NCBI GenBank assembly: GCA_004022145.1
Contig: RCNU01000008.1
Length of the DNA stretch: 64,000 nucleotides
Strand: one strand, 5' to 3'
DNA from: Paecilomyces variotii
Lineage: Eukaryota
Below are positions 12,870 through 25,690 of the stretch, in pieces (the stretch's first letter is position 1; every line of letters begins with the position of its first letter). The position numbers and the translations under genes are program-made. The notes beneath the pieces were generated by a model, which saw only the letters and a program-made list of their open reading frames with translations, was not told the DNA's origin and made no database searches.

Positions 12870-15228
12870 ATGGCTGCAACAATTTCCAGTGGCCTCCAGA
12901 AGGCCCAGGATGTCATCAAGAGTGCTGCTTCCAAGGACAAGAAGGTGGTGGATCTGGCGCGCAACACAGAAAACGTCAACGAATCCAAGGAGACTTTGAG
13001 AAGTGACCACGGCGTCGCTATCAGCGATACTGACCACTGGCTGAGAGTCGTGGACAAAAACCACACGGGCCCATCATTGCTGGAGGACCAGTTTGCCAGA
13101 GAAAAGGTAAGAGGAGTCCTCGTGTAATTGTTGGACCCAAACCGTGGCAATTGCTAAACACCTTGCAGATTCATCGTTTCGACCATGAGCGTATTCCGGA
13201 ACGAGTAGTGCATGCCCGTGGAACTGGTGCCTTTGGAAACTTCAAGCTCAAGGAGAGCATTGAGGAGCTTACTTCTGCCGGCATTTTGACCGACACCTCA
13301 CGAAACACTCCCGTCTTCGTCCGCTTCTCGACAGTGCAGGGAAGCAAGGGCAGTGCCGATACCGTCCGTGATGTTCGAGGATTTGCCGTCAAGTTCTACA
13401 CCGACGAGGGTAACTGGGATATTGTCGGAAACAACATTCCTGTCTTCTTCATCCAGGATGCCATTAAGTTCCCCGACTTCGGTCCGTACACTGATGCCGC
13501 TGTTGAAATCGTTTGGGTCTGCTAACTCTTGTGTTAGTTCACTCCGTCAAGCCTGAACCTCACAACGAGGTTCCCCAAGGACAGTCAGCTCACAACAACT
13601 TCTGGGACTTCGTCTTTCTTCACCCGGAGGCCACGCACATGTTCCACTGGACCATGTCTGACCGTGCTATCCCACGATCTTACCGTATGATGCAGGGATT
13701 TGGTGTCAACACATTCAGCCTGGTCAACAAGCAGGGCAAGCGCCATCTTGTCAAGTTCCACTGGATCCCTCACCTTGGTGTTCACTCTCTGGTCTGGGAT
13801 GAGGCTCTGAAGCTGGCTGGACAGGACCCTGACTTCCACCGCAAGGACCTCATGGAGGCCATCGACAACAAGGCATACCCCAAGTGGGACTTTGGAATCC
13901 AGGTGATTCCCGAGGAGGACCAGGACAAGTTCGAATTCGACCCTCTGGATGCCACCAAACTCTGGCCCGAGGATCAGTTCCCCGTCCGCATTATTGGAGA
14001 GATGGAGCTGAACCGGAACGTGGACGAATTCTTCCCCCAGACTGAGCAGGTTGCTTTCTGCACCAGCCACATCGTCCCCGGTATCGAATTCTCCAACGAC
14101 CCTCTGCTCCAGGGCCGTAACTTCTCCTATTTTGATACTCAGATCACCCGTCTGGGCCCCAACTGGGAAGAGCTCCCAATCAACCGACCTGTCTGCCCCG
14201 TCCTGAACCACAACCGCGATGGCGCTATGCGTCACAAGATCACCGCTGGCACGGTGAACTACTGGCCAAACCGTTTCCAGGCTGTCCCTCCAACGAAGCC
14301 TGAGAACGGCGGATTTGTCTCTTACCCGGAGAAGAACCAGGGCTTCAAGCAGCGTGCTCTGAGCGACAAGTTCCGCGAGTACCACAAGCAGGCCCAGTTG
14401 TTCTATAACTCCATGTCGGAACACGAGAAGCTCCACATGGCCAAGGCCTTCAGCTTTGAGCTGGACCACTGCGATGACCCCATCGTTTACGAGCGTATGG
14501 CACTGCGTCTGGCTGAGATCGATCTCGGCCTTGCCCAGAAGGTTGCTGAGAATGTTGGTGCTCCTATCCCCACCAAAGCCCTTATGGTGAACCATGGCAA
14601 GACCGCACCGCATCTCTCTCAACTCGAATTCGCACCCAGGGTGCCAACCATCGCGAGCCGTCGCATCGCTATCCTCATCGGAGACGGTTATGACCCTGTC
14701 GCTTTCACTGGCATCAAGAACGCTGTCAAGGCCGCCAAGGCCCTACCTTTCATCATTGGTACCAAGCGCTCTCCTATCTTCGCCGACGGCGAGGACAAGT
14801 CAACTAGCAAGGGTGTTACCCCAGACCACTTCTATGACGGTATGCGCTCGACCATGTTCGATGCGACCTTCATCCCCGGTGGTTCGCACATCAAGACCCT
14901 GGCCAAGAACGGCCAGATCAGGTACTGGATCAGCGAAACCTTTGGCCACCTGAAGGCTCTCGGTGCTACCGGCGAGGCTGTCGACCTCGTCAAGGAAACC
15001 CTCTCCATCGTGCCCGGTCTCAAGGTCGCCAACGCCGGCAGCAGCGGCGTCACAGAATGGTACGGTGTCGTCACTGCCCACGGTACGCAAAAGCCGGAGA
15101 ACTTCAGCGAGACCATCAAGATCCTCAAGGACGCCAAGGACTTTGTTGGCCAGTTCTTCTACCAGATCTCTCAGCACAGGAACTTCAAGCGTGAGCTGGA
15201 CGGTTTGGCCTCGACGGTTGCTTTCTAA
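12870..15228 (+). CDS. catA: Large-subunit monofunctional catalase A (conidial type)
   Basis: [15 protein letters not shown] (distal His), [13 protein letters not shown] (proximal Tyr) and a C-terminal DJ-1/GATase-like domain; no signal peptide. Introns 13107-13168 and 13482-13537. Confidence 0.95.
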
Positions 15229-15634
15229 AATCGAGTTGCAACCTGGAAATGTGAGAATGAGATACACGAACTTGAAGCAAATATTAATGACGTGCTGGGC
15301 TCGTATGGGAATCGAGACTGCTATGGAATGTATCTAATGTATGACTTTCTTAGTGTAACAGTAAAACCAAATGATATTCTAACCTAATACCCGAACGATT
15401 TCCAAGAACGTTTTCGTAACACATTTTCTTGTATGAATGGGAATAGTAGACGAGAATATATAAAAAGGCAAAGAGACATATGTATACAGATCGAAGCTCA
15501 ACAAATCTCTAGAATGGGAATAGGGTATCGAACGATTGTCAACAATACGTATGTTCACAAGCGATTCTAAGTACAGAATCTTACAAAAAAACAAGATAAC
15601 GCGCGGAATTGTGGTGAGGTGAAGTGAAGTCAAG

Positions 15635-18600
15635 TCAAGCCCATCTCCACCCGGGGGCATTCGATAGAGACTTTGGATCAAGGAGGGGAGTACCCGGTGG
15701 ATGATCCATGTTTGAGGAGCCCCGCTTCAGCTTCGAGAACCGATTACCGCGCTCGCGCTTCTTGCGCTCCCTGAGTAGAAGGTTGACGGCAGCGTCGGGT
15801 TTGACGGAGTCGCCTGTATCGGTGATCTTGAGGGCCCATTTGGCATCGTCTTCTGTGAAGCCGAGTTGGTAGACCATCCTGTATATGGCTTCATCTGCAG
15901 GATCGAGAATTTGGCCGCTAGTTGGTTGTTCGATCAACGATCCGAGATAAGGAACGGTAGACATTGGGCGACTGGTAGATATCGGGACGAAGACGTTGGT
16001 TCCAGAAACACGCTGCATGTCGGGAACAATAGAGGATCCGGAAGCACTCAAGGCTTCTCTCCTCCATTGGTCTTCAAGACGGTTCATGACTGAGGGATAG
16101 TTGGAGATAGGGGATAGTTCAGTAGCCGCGCCATTGGGACTGTCGGGCTGTTCGCTATACTGCGGAGGTTGATCATCAGGAGATTCCCACGGGAAACCAT
16201 CCACGGGGATCTTCTGCTGATATACTGAAGCATCACTGGTTGAACCATTGGGGCTAGACTGTGGCGAATCCGGTGATGCATTGCCAGAGTCCACGATAGA
16301 TGGTTTTTCCTGTTTCGGTTGCAGGTAATCTCTAGTTCGCTCCTTGTAAGCGCGCGAGACCGCTTCTTTCAGAAACGATGCGCGGCTTGCCCCAGTCTCC
16401 GTAGGAGACCATTTGGTCAAACCCAGTTTCTGGGCCCTGCGGAAAGTTGTCTCCGCAGATTCAGCAGGACATAAAGAGCTGATGCTGAGCACGGCTGATA
16501 GTCCCAACGTGAGGACATAATGAGTCCACTCCTCTGTACTCTAATATTAGCATTTGACATCGATGGAGGTTGAACAGGTATACTAACCAAGCACTGCTTC
16601 TTCCTTTGCAATGTCCCCCGTTTTCATATCCTGTCCATCAAAAACGCCGAAGCGACGAGCTTCCGCACGCATTCCGTAACACGGCTGAAGAAGAACACCA
16701 AGACAAGTCCAGATCTCAGTCATATCGTACAGTTGCGCTGTGGACAAACCCTCTCCGTTGCCTTGAGCGAATCCTTGGGGAGGCTCGAACAGCACGTCAT
16801 TCATACTGAAAGATTCGACCACCAAAGTCGCTGGGTCTTTCATTCGTTGCTTTGCTTGCTGTCCGCCGTTTAGCCAGTCTATCTGGCCACGAATATCATT
16901 TTCACGGCCTTTACCAGATCCGAAGATGCGGCAGAATGTCCATATCCTCCACAGTGCATCGTCAATCTCTGCAGCTCTAACCGTGTCAAGGCCGGCGAGG
17001 CCACTGACCGTCTCTCTCCGTAATAAGGATGAGCATCGCAGCAGAAGGAGCGACTTCACATGCGCTAATGTGTAGATATCCTTAACGTAATGGTGAAGAT
17101 AGAGACTCGGTGTGTATGTGGGCACTGGAGCATCGGGATCTCTCAGATGTTGCCATTCGCTGCTCCGTGGTGGGCTCATTTCGCGCAGTTCCCAAGCCGC
17201 CGGTGTCATATTGAACAGTGCGTTCCTCATGAGGTCGAGTTCATGACGCTTGAACGTCTGGTAAAAGTTTCTGTTCGTTAAAGCAACTGCGAAGAGATCC
17301 TCTAGCGTATCGACCTTCTGAAGGATACCCAGGATGACTTCCTCCGGGATATCTGCGGGTAGTGGGATCTTGACTTCCGGTACGACATCGCAATCTTTGA
17401 TAGCAGGGGACGGCATTCCAGCGTCAAGTTCATATATACTGGACATACGTCGAGTATTAAACCACTGCGGAGTTTCTGATACTGATGGAAGCTCCACTGC
17501 ATTCATATGCCGATTGAGAGTGGACGACTCGGGGCTCTCTACATAATAACCAGAGAGAAGAGGCTCGTCTTTCTGGTTGCTGTTGTCTCTAGCGTGCCAT
17601 TTGACGTGAGAATGAGACTCCATAGACTGGTTCGAAAGACGCTGTATCCTCTCAGTCTGAAGACGAGGGAGTTGTAGCCGTAGTTTCTCACTCGATGTCG
17701 AAGTCCTTCTTTTATGGGATTGGTCGCCATTGTTATCAAGTTCGGTCGTCGCAATTTTAGCGGAATCATGGAAAGAAGCCATAGGACTTCTAAACCCAAC
17801 TGACCCATTTGTCCTTCCGACTAGGACGCCAATCTTGGGCTTTTCTTTTATCCTTTCATCTAAGTCGTCAATTGCAGATTCCAGGCTTTGGCTGCTCAGT
17901 GAACGAAAATGGCCATCTGACTCGTTACTTTTTCTGCGAGTGAGGCCGGAAACAGAGAAAGAGAAACGCGCTCTAGACTTTCGAATCATTCTATTTCTCT
18001 TTGAGTCTCGGGAAGACTTGGCGTTTTCCATTTTCCTGCGTTGCTCCTGTTTATCTTCTCCAGGTAACAACGGACCTTGACTGAATGATCGTAGAATGAC
18101 CGGCGGAGGTGGTGATCGCGTAGCAACCATTTCCGTAGCACCTCTGCTTCTCTGCAATGGCCATGTAAGGATGTCTGGTGTCTCCTCAATTGCAGCATAT
18201 TTAGCGAGCTCATCCTCCAGTTCCTGAGCGGCTTCCGTCAATGACGGAGAAGGTCCATTCTCCTCGGCCTGCGGCATATTTCGTGGATTGGAACGCTGAA
18301 AAGCCTCATCCAATGCATCCAAGTCATACTTTCTGGTTGTGGAAATCATTGTAGAGTCCCTATACCCGTTGCGACGGCTGCTGCGTAATACCAAAGTCCG
18401 AGTTTGGGATCGATCACCATCGTCGGAGGTCGAATTAGGACGACGTATCGCCAATGGTGACATCTTAATTGGAGGTTCTTCAGGTAGGGGTTTGTTCACC
18501 AGAACATCGACTAAGAGGTGTTCCCTTGAGGATTTCATGTACCACCTTTGTGAGGAGCGTAAGTCGTCGAAGACCCCTGCCCTTGTCGGCGACATGACGG

Positions 18601-19429
18601 AGTAAGTATCGTCTGCCTTGCGATCTGGAATGGGCGAGTCCGAGCCAACACTTGTGATTGAGCTTCTGCGACTATAACATGAGGAACCATTCTCAAGAAG
18701 GTCTTGCGATGACATAGACGATTCACTTATCCGAGTCGTATTCTGGACGTGGTTCTCGGAGAAACTGTGGTGATAACTGTCACTCAGGGGAGAAACTCTG
18801 CCCTGCTGAGCATCCTGGCCGATAGAAGATATGAGGCTGAAATGAGAAGACAGCTCAGGAAAGAAACGTCGCCAACGAGTCCCTGATCCATGTGGTACGT
18901 GGTCAGAGATTGGTGATATAGTCGATGAAGACGCAATGCTCGCAGCATCGTCAGCATCCGATTCATCCGACGAGTCTAGGTGTACGGACGTCCTCATTGT
19001 ACTCTCCAACGATTTCTCCCGGTGCAGCTTTTGTTTGAGAGGCCCCGATGGGGTTCTCTTTGTATTGCGTGGGTGTTCAGCCATGGGGGATATGGCCCGT
19101 GTTGACGAGCGGTTCTCAAAGGGTTCTGAGTCGAAACCGTCAATGACAATCGCGTTCAGTGTAGGGTCCGACATCGAGGATCTGTTCTGGTTCGAGTTTA
19201 GACTAGGGGAGTAAAGCGATATTATACGGTCCGGCGACTCGTAGCCTTGCTTGTTGCTGTTCTTGGATTCCGCGACTTGGAACACCCTGGGCATACGGAC
19301 ATGGGACAAGGACCTCACAATCTCCACATTATTAGGTGAGTCGAACTCCTTCTTCTTTCTGCGTAAAAGGGCAGTGTCGGATAAGGAAGCATGGCCATGA
19401 ACAAAACGTAGTCCCGCAAGCGACGGCAT
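15635..19429 (-). CDS. Hypothetical protein: long disordered N-terminus, F-box-like segment, C-terminal UBA-like domain
   Basis: IPEEVILGILQKVDTLEDLFAVALTNRNFY (F-box-like) and IYRMVYQLGFTEDDAKWALKIT...AVNLLL (UBA-like). Intron 16534-16587 joins the 948 aa and 290 aa ORFs in frame. Confidence 0.85.
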
Positions 19430-21773
19430 GAGATAGCTGATGTCACTCTGCTATCGTTCCATTCGTCAGCAGGCGCTCAAACAAAGGATGGGAAACATCG
19501 TCGAGAAATTTGAAATAGCGAGATAAAGGCACATTAACATAAAGATAAAAAAACAAACCTTGAAGACCAATATCCTAAAGCTTCATAGCAAGTCCGCAGC
19601 TCACCCTTCAATAGCTGGACGCCCCTTGATAGTTTTGATGCTGGTTCCCTGCCACAATGGAATCTACTTCCTTTAGTAAGTCGCTCACAAATGACAGCAG
19701 TAGAAGAAAGATCTCGCAGGTGGTGGCATCACTTGTTGGGGGTTAACTAGTTAGTTATTCAATATGTTAGGTCAGCACGCGGGGTCCAAAGGACATATGT
19801 GACTCTGGTAGGTACAGTCTGGTCTGACGAGTCTTCTAGCTGGCGGCTTAGTACTGGAAAGGGCCGTAAGCTGACGGACCCATGCTCACGGATGTGCTGG
19901 TGGCTAAAGTTGTAGTCGTTCCCTTACATGCCCATCGAGTTACCCAGATGAGGATAGAGTGTCCAGCACGGTCAGGGCGATCACCGTGGCTTTGGTTCGC
20001 ACCTTATTTGCAGCCCCAAACGACAACCGATGCGATTGGATACAGAAGCGATACGAGAGCGAGCGCGACGATCTCTTCGCATTGAAGGCCTGATTTAGCG
20101 GTTTGGGGGCTGAATTCGCAACGTGCCCTGCCTCCGTGAACTCGGGCTATTGATCCTCGCGACAGCCAACGGGGGCCAGACAAAGAGCTTTTGACCAGGG
20201 CTAATCCAGCCAAGAACATCGTGGATCAGCATTTGCCTACGATGGTTAGACAAACGACGCAGGCCTGGCCTCTCTTATTGTCCGTCCGCATTGTTCCAGC
20301 AATAATAAATGGGCCGATATCCCTCGCTCATCGGACTCGCTGTGTGGGTTGTCTGTGCGCAACAATTGGCGGCGCAGCAGAAGTTTTGAAGCATTGGACG
20401 CCCTTAGGAGACACTTGTAATGCAGCTACAAACGGCCAGCCAGTCCAACTCCTCTGTCGTATACGGTTTCCGTAGCGCAGAAATGGCCCCCAAAATGGAG
20501 GATTGCGGGGCAGACGTATTCACGGCAGACACTAGATGATCTGAACACTGATTCTGGGCGAGGTCTTATCATAGACATGCCCTACTCCGTACAGTGATTT
20601 CCCTATTCCTGTTCCTGTTTCCACTATCATTCTAAAAATGCCTTCACGGCCTCAGAAAAAAGCCCGAGAACGCTATTTCCGGCTGCAGTCCGACGCCTTA
20701 GAACTGGATGATAACAATAAAACCATCGAGTTCTATCGGCCTTCTATTCTTCGCGCGCGCCATGGTCGAACTCTCCGCGGGAGGTCTACTAACCTCATCC
20801 ATGGAAATATGCCGCGGGGCCGAAAATGGGGCCGTGTACGATCATCCGTTTAAGTCGTCCGTTAAGCTTCTCTCTCTTTTCTCGAAGCACACGGCCCCCA
20901 TGGCGTGCTGTTCATAGGTCTAGAAGTCATGGACGTCCCTGCAAGGAAGGGTCCGATCAACTCGGTGCAACCTTCTAGAAGGATATCTGACCGGCCCTAG
21001 AATGATGTTGTAGGGATGAACACTCCATGAGAACGACGACGCCAATCGTAAGGCCAGGGAATGTCCCTAGCGCGATGCTGAAGTGGACAGGGCGTAGAAT
21101 AGTCCCATCCGGTGGCGTGCGGACCGATTTTCCCCTCGAGTGATTACTGTAGTTCCACCACTGGACGCAGCATTTGTGCAGGCCAGACGGCATGACAGGG
21201 TCTAGGGCCGCGCTGTAGACTGGGGCAATTTGCCGTGGAATCTCTTCCTTTCTTCTAGCGCTGAAGACGTATGCACCCGATATGAGCGCTAAGTATACGA
21301 AAACATCTGTCCATAGTGTTCAGTTCCTTCAAGTGGAGTGCTGCCGCTGGTGCAGATATTGAGACATTCCCCTGCAGTAGAAATCTGTTGTAGAACAAGG
21401 ATGGTTATAGCTTAGTCGGCTCTAAGCAGAATACGTTGCCACAGAAGACGTAGACTTTGGAGAGTTTAGTCTTCTAGAACAAGGGTTGTGATGTAACAGA
21501 AGGACTCTAGAATGGCATCGATGTCTTCTTCCACGACAGAATTCTAGATGCTGCAGTCGTGGATGCCATAATTGCTTCCAAGTAAGAAGGTTTCCATATT
21601 CTGAATGTCATAAACGTAACTCTGTCAAAATACTGCTACCAACGTGGTAGGCAAATCTGAGAAGGTTTCTGTGCGGCCCGCTGTTCATGCCAGGGCCCTT
21701 TAGGTCCAGCACAGATCTGGGTGAGCCTACTTCCCAGCCAGAACGATTCCTCGACTTTATCCCGCGGTCGTCC

Positions 21774-22827
21774 TCAACCGGACATGAGGCTGAGGTATAT
21801 AGCCCAAAGAACACCAAATAGACTGGAGACAAGGAGACGCTTGTCAGCAGGGATAGCCACGAAGCAAAGAATCGAAACAAAAGGCCACATCTTGAAGCCC
21901 GCAATCATGATCGGCCAGAAGTCCTAGTTGATAGAATGTCAGTCGGCGGTACTTCACGGCGGGGGTCATCTGAATCTCGATTGAGAAAGATAGAAGGCAA
22001 GGTTTCGTTGAAAGAGTCATTGTCATCTCCAACTTTAAATGCGGCGGATTAAGTCGGCTTGGTAGGGCTCTGAGAGTCCTTTTATATCTACAGAAGATAT
22101 GTAAATTCAAAAAAAAAATCCACTTACGGTCTTAATAGAATCCACCACACTATCGTAGTCTTGACCACGCAGGATACTCATTGTCGTCAGGAATAGAACC
22201 GTGTTCCATGCCGCGCCCACTGTCTGGTCAAGGAACACCTTTATGACAGTGTTCTTGACATTCAGGCCGCTTCTTTTCTTTCCGTCCCTGGAACTCTTTT
22301 CATCTTTGGCGTGACCGTCTTCTTTCTCGGTCTTCGGTTTCTCCTCTGTGGTTCCCGGGAATGTAGTTTCGAGATTTTCCAACCACAGGAAGGTTAGTGG
22401 AGAGGTGATCAAAGCGCAGGTTGTGAACTGCAATAGTGTATTGACGTCTAACTGAAAGGGTTTCTGGAACTCTCAATGACGGTGGAGAGCTATGGTGCCC
22501 ACCATAGCAACTCCGATATAATCATTCGTCAGCTTTCATAACCTCAGGCCTGAAATAGCGCAGTTTGATGTTGAGACCGGGTAAATGGTACGATGTTCAG
22601 ATCAAGCTATTTAACGATGACGCAGCAAGAACGCCAGTAAATTGCCAGACCAGAACGACGAGTTTACGATCACGGATCACTGGAAATGTAAAAGGCAGAC
22701 TAAAATGAAAACTAAAAGCGAAGCGCACCTGATCCCGGTATGATTTGATAACCTGAGCGAGTACATTCGATCCGGCATTGATCACAACAGCCTGAAAGGT
22801 TGCCTTGGCAATTGGCGGCACAGACAT
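21774..22827 (-). CDS. Mpv17/PMP22 family membrane protein
   Basis: Three exons: MSVPPIAKATFQAVVINAGSNVLAQ; KVFLDQTVGAAWNTVLFL; DFWPIMIAGFKMWPFVSILCFVAIPADKRLLVSSLFGVLWAIYLSLMSG*. The DQ and WP motifs are typical of the family. Confidence 0.9.
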
Positions 22828-23607
22828 GGTGGTTTAAATAGCCAATTACTGCTAATCGCAAGTCAACCAACTGCAAAAGCATTTGCGTGAAATGAATACA
22901 GAATCGAATATATTATTAAACGTGGGCTGTACCTAAGAATGGCCGGTTTGTCCCTTTGCGATAGATTCCTTTGTCGCTCTCTCTTTCCGAAACTCAAGAG
23001 TTTCCTCAAAGATCCGCGGCGAAACGCTCCCCAGATTGAGTCCCAAGAGAGCTTGAGAAGAAAGCAGGGAGCACAGAGAGGGAAAAGCAGACGATGGAGA
23101 GACAAGAGGCAGATTTTTCTCTCTACGTAGAAGATGGTGGATTCGAAGGATCTCTTGCTGTTTCCTCAATTGTCAAACAGGTCAGAATACGCGCAAGTGA
23201 CGCTTGTTTGCGATTGGTGATGCGACGGATCGGCGCCAAGACTGGATGGGTCCGGTGCGGCGGCTTCGATGCATTTAACAGAGCGCAATGTACGGAGTAG
23301 ATAAATAGGTAGATATTGTGGGGAGATGTCATGTTTTTATGGGTAATTTCAAAATCTTAGGAACCATTTATAAATAGTCGAGTACCGGTTTGGTGTTTGA
23401 TTTGTTGCAAGAGAGTAAGATACTAGAGCGCCATCGAACAAAGCATAAATAAACATTCACCAGACCAAAGCCAGTAACAATTGGAGTGGAAAGCATATTT
23501 GTCTGAAAAGCAAGCAATTCAGATCTGCGGAAAGTGGACTAAACGCCTGTGCGATCAAACTTCATAGGCATCATAATATCATTAATCCCTCCGTGATGCA
23601 TCGTAGT

Positions 23608-23634
23608 AGAAAGAAAGAAAGAAAGAAAGAAAGA
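23608..23634. repeat. (AGAA)n microsatellite
   Basis: Six full AGAA units plus a partial unit, just downstream of the acyl-CoA oxidase stop codon. Confidence 0.9.
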
Positions 23635-23647
23635 CATTCCTGTATCT

Positions 23648-25690
23648 TCATAGCCTGCTGGTGCGATTAATGACTCCCTGGGTCTTATCGGAACGGGGCG
23701 TCTCGTACTTGACAAGACGGTCAATAAAAGCATCCCATGCGCCTTGGGAAAGGATGGGTGCATCGCAATACGGCCCAGCACCAGTTCCCTCAAGAAGCTC
23801 CTCAAGGCGCGGCAAGACAGCGTTCAAGGCCTTCTCCTCCATCATAAACTGGGCTTCCCGGCCCAACCCGGCGTGTTGGACGTACCAGCTAGGGTCTTGC
23901 ATTATGGCACCAATCTCATAGAGTGCTAGCAGATCTGGGTGGACGCCTGCCTGCGAAGCTGCCTCATATGCCATGCGCTGGCCAATTGCCTCAATAAGGG
24001 GCTGGCAACGAGGAAGGATCAGATTGTTAAACTCATCACTGCGATGTCCGCCTTTTATGGTCTTCATCAAACCCCAGCATTCCTTGAACAGGCCTCTCTC
24101 GTGAAGTGCCAGCAAGCTCTGAGGGTTCCTTGGCGCTGGCATTTGATATCTCCCTAACAGAAGCTCGGAGGCTAGCCCTGTATTCAGATCATCAGCTGCT
24201 GTTCCATGCGCTACTCACGGTAGATTGTCACTTACGGATGCATAGTGCCAAGACGTCTCCCTCTGCAACTGAGATTCCTCTTCCTTCAAGCTGTGACTCA
24301 ATGATGTTGTTGTACTCAAAAAGGCCCTGTGCACCGCATCGTTCTGCTAGGGAGTGGAGACTGCCTTGTGTAGCTTGATTGACCACTGCCTTAAGAACAG
24401 TCCCAATGCCATGACGGACTGGCCCTTCGATACGGGTGTCCACAAACAACCTGGCACTGTCCTCAGCATACGCATCGAATACATATACCTGCGCCAGGGC
24501 ATGCAGGATTGGACGCTGTTGTGTACGGAAGCCAATAATCGCCATTGGCTTGTTATGTGATCCTTGGACTGTTCGTCGCATGCTGTACTTTCCAGCCACA
24601 TAGAGACCTCTCTTTAGCATCGGTATCATGGAAGTCGAAAGGGCGAGAGTGCCAACGCCAACGCGCCAGATAGTGGCCAGAAAGTTTAAACGCATGTTGA
24701 CAGGTGTATCGAGAGATCCTAGAAGTGCTGAACCCGGTAAACGTACGTGGTTAAAGTACGTTAGAGAATGATCGACAGGTTTTGAGCCAGTCCTGCGAGG
24801 GAGGACCCTGTGACGAGAATGTTAGTCGCACAAATAACAAGGTAATATGAGATTTAACATAGCAACCTACTTGCATGTAACGCCATCACACATCTTATGG
24901 CCATCGTTCAGCCAGACAATGAACGGTCTAACACCGCGATCTTCGCCTTTGACGATGAGTCGGGCGATAACAACAGCTACGCGTGGAAGCCCTACTGGAG
25001 ACGTTGGCGGCATGTACCTAAAAGACGTTGTCAATAACGTTCGTATTTCGTTTCTGATGAAACACCTTACTTTGCTGCATTTGCAGTCGGGGTGTGGAAG
25101 TCAAATTCGCCATTTGGGAGAAGTGTAGCCCTGGTCTCAAGGTTGGCAGCATCCAGACCGTGTCCAATTTCTGTTAAGAGGAACTGAGCACTGTAACGCT
25201 TGTTAGTATCGGGTGATGAGAGTAGGAAGTTCAGTGCACTTCTAGTGAGATACTTACGAATAGTTGAACTGCAAGATATTGTCCATAAGCTGCACAAGAT
25301 CGGGTCTTTTCTTCATGTAGGGTGCAATTGTCCCTGCAGCAAGATTGTACTGGATAGTCACCAGCGTAAGAGCTGCAGCATCCATGCCCATGGCCATATC
25401 GGTATGCATCTGCCAGAACTTTGGAGTGAGATGCAGCACATCTTGGACGGTAAGACCTGGGTGAGAACGTCAGTCAATGTTTCCTTCATCTCTCATGAAG
25501 TGAATGGGTAGATACCGTATGCTCTTCCTATGGCCTGGGCTCGAAGGTAACTGACAGCAACAGATTCAGCTGGAGCTGACTGATGAGAATATGGTTTGAA
25601 TAACTCTTGGCTGAGAAGGGACAGGGTTGGTGTGCCCTGGACATTTTCGTTCCCGTGGGAATTTTCAGGGAGGTGGACCTGTGTGCTCAT
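23648..25690 (-). CDS. Acyl-CoA oxidase/dehydrogenase-family protein with PTS1 (-SRL)
   Basis: LTEIGHGLDAANLETRAT, FDFHTP..AAK, ERCGAQGL and EGDVLAL motifs across several exons; C-terminus ends TSRL*. Confidence 0.9.

Noticed and set aside
13585-14622. 345-aa antisense ORF over catA (also 14800-15267)
   Set aside because: Antisense shadow expected from the biased codon usage of catA; no recognisable motifs.
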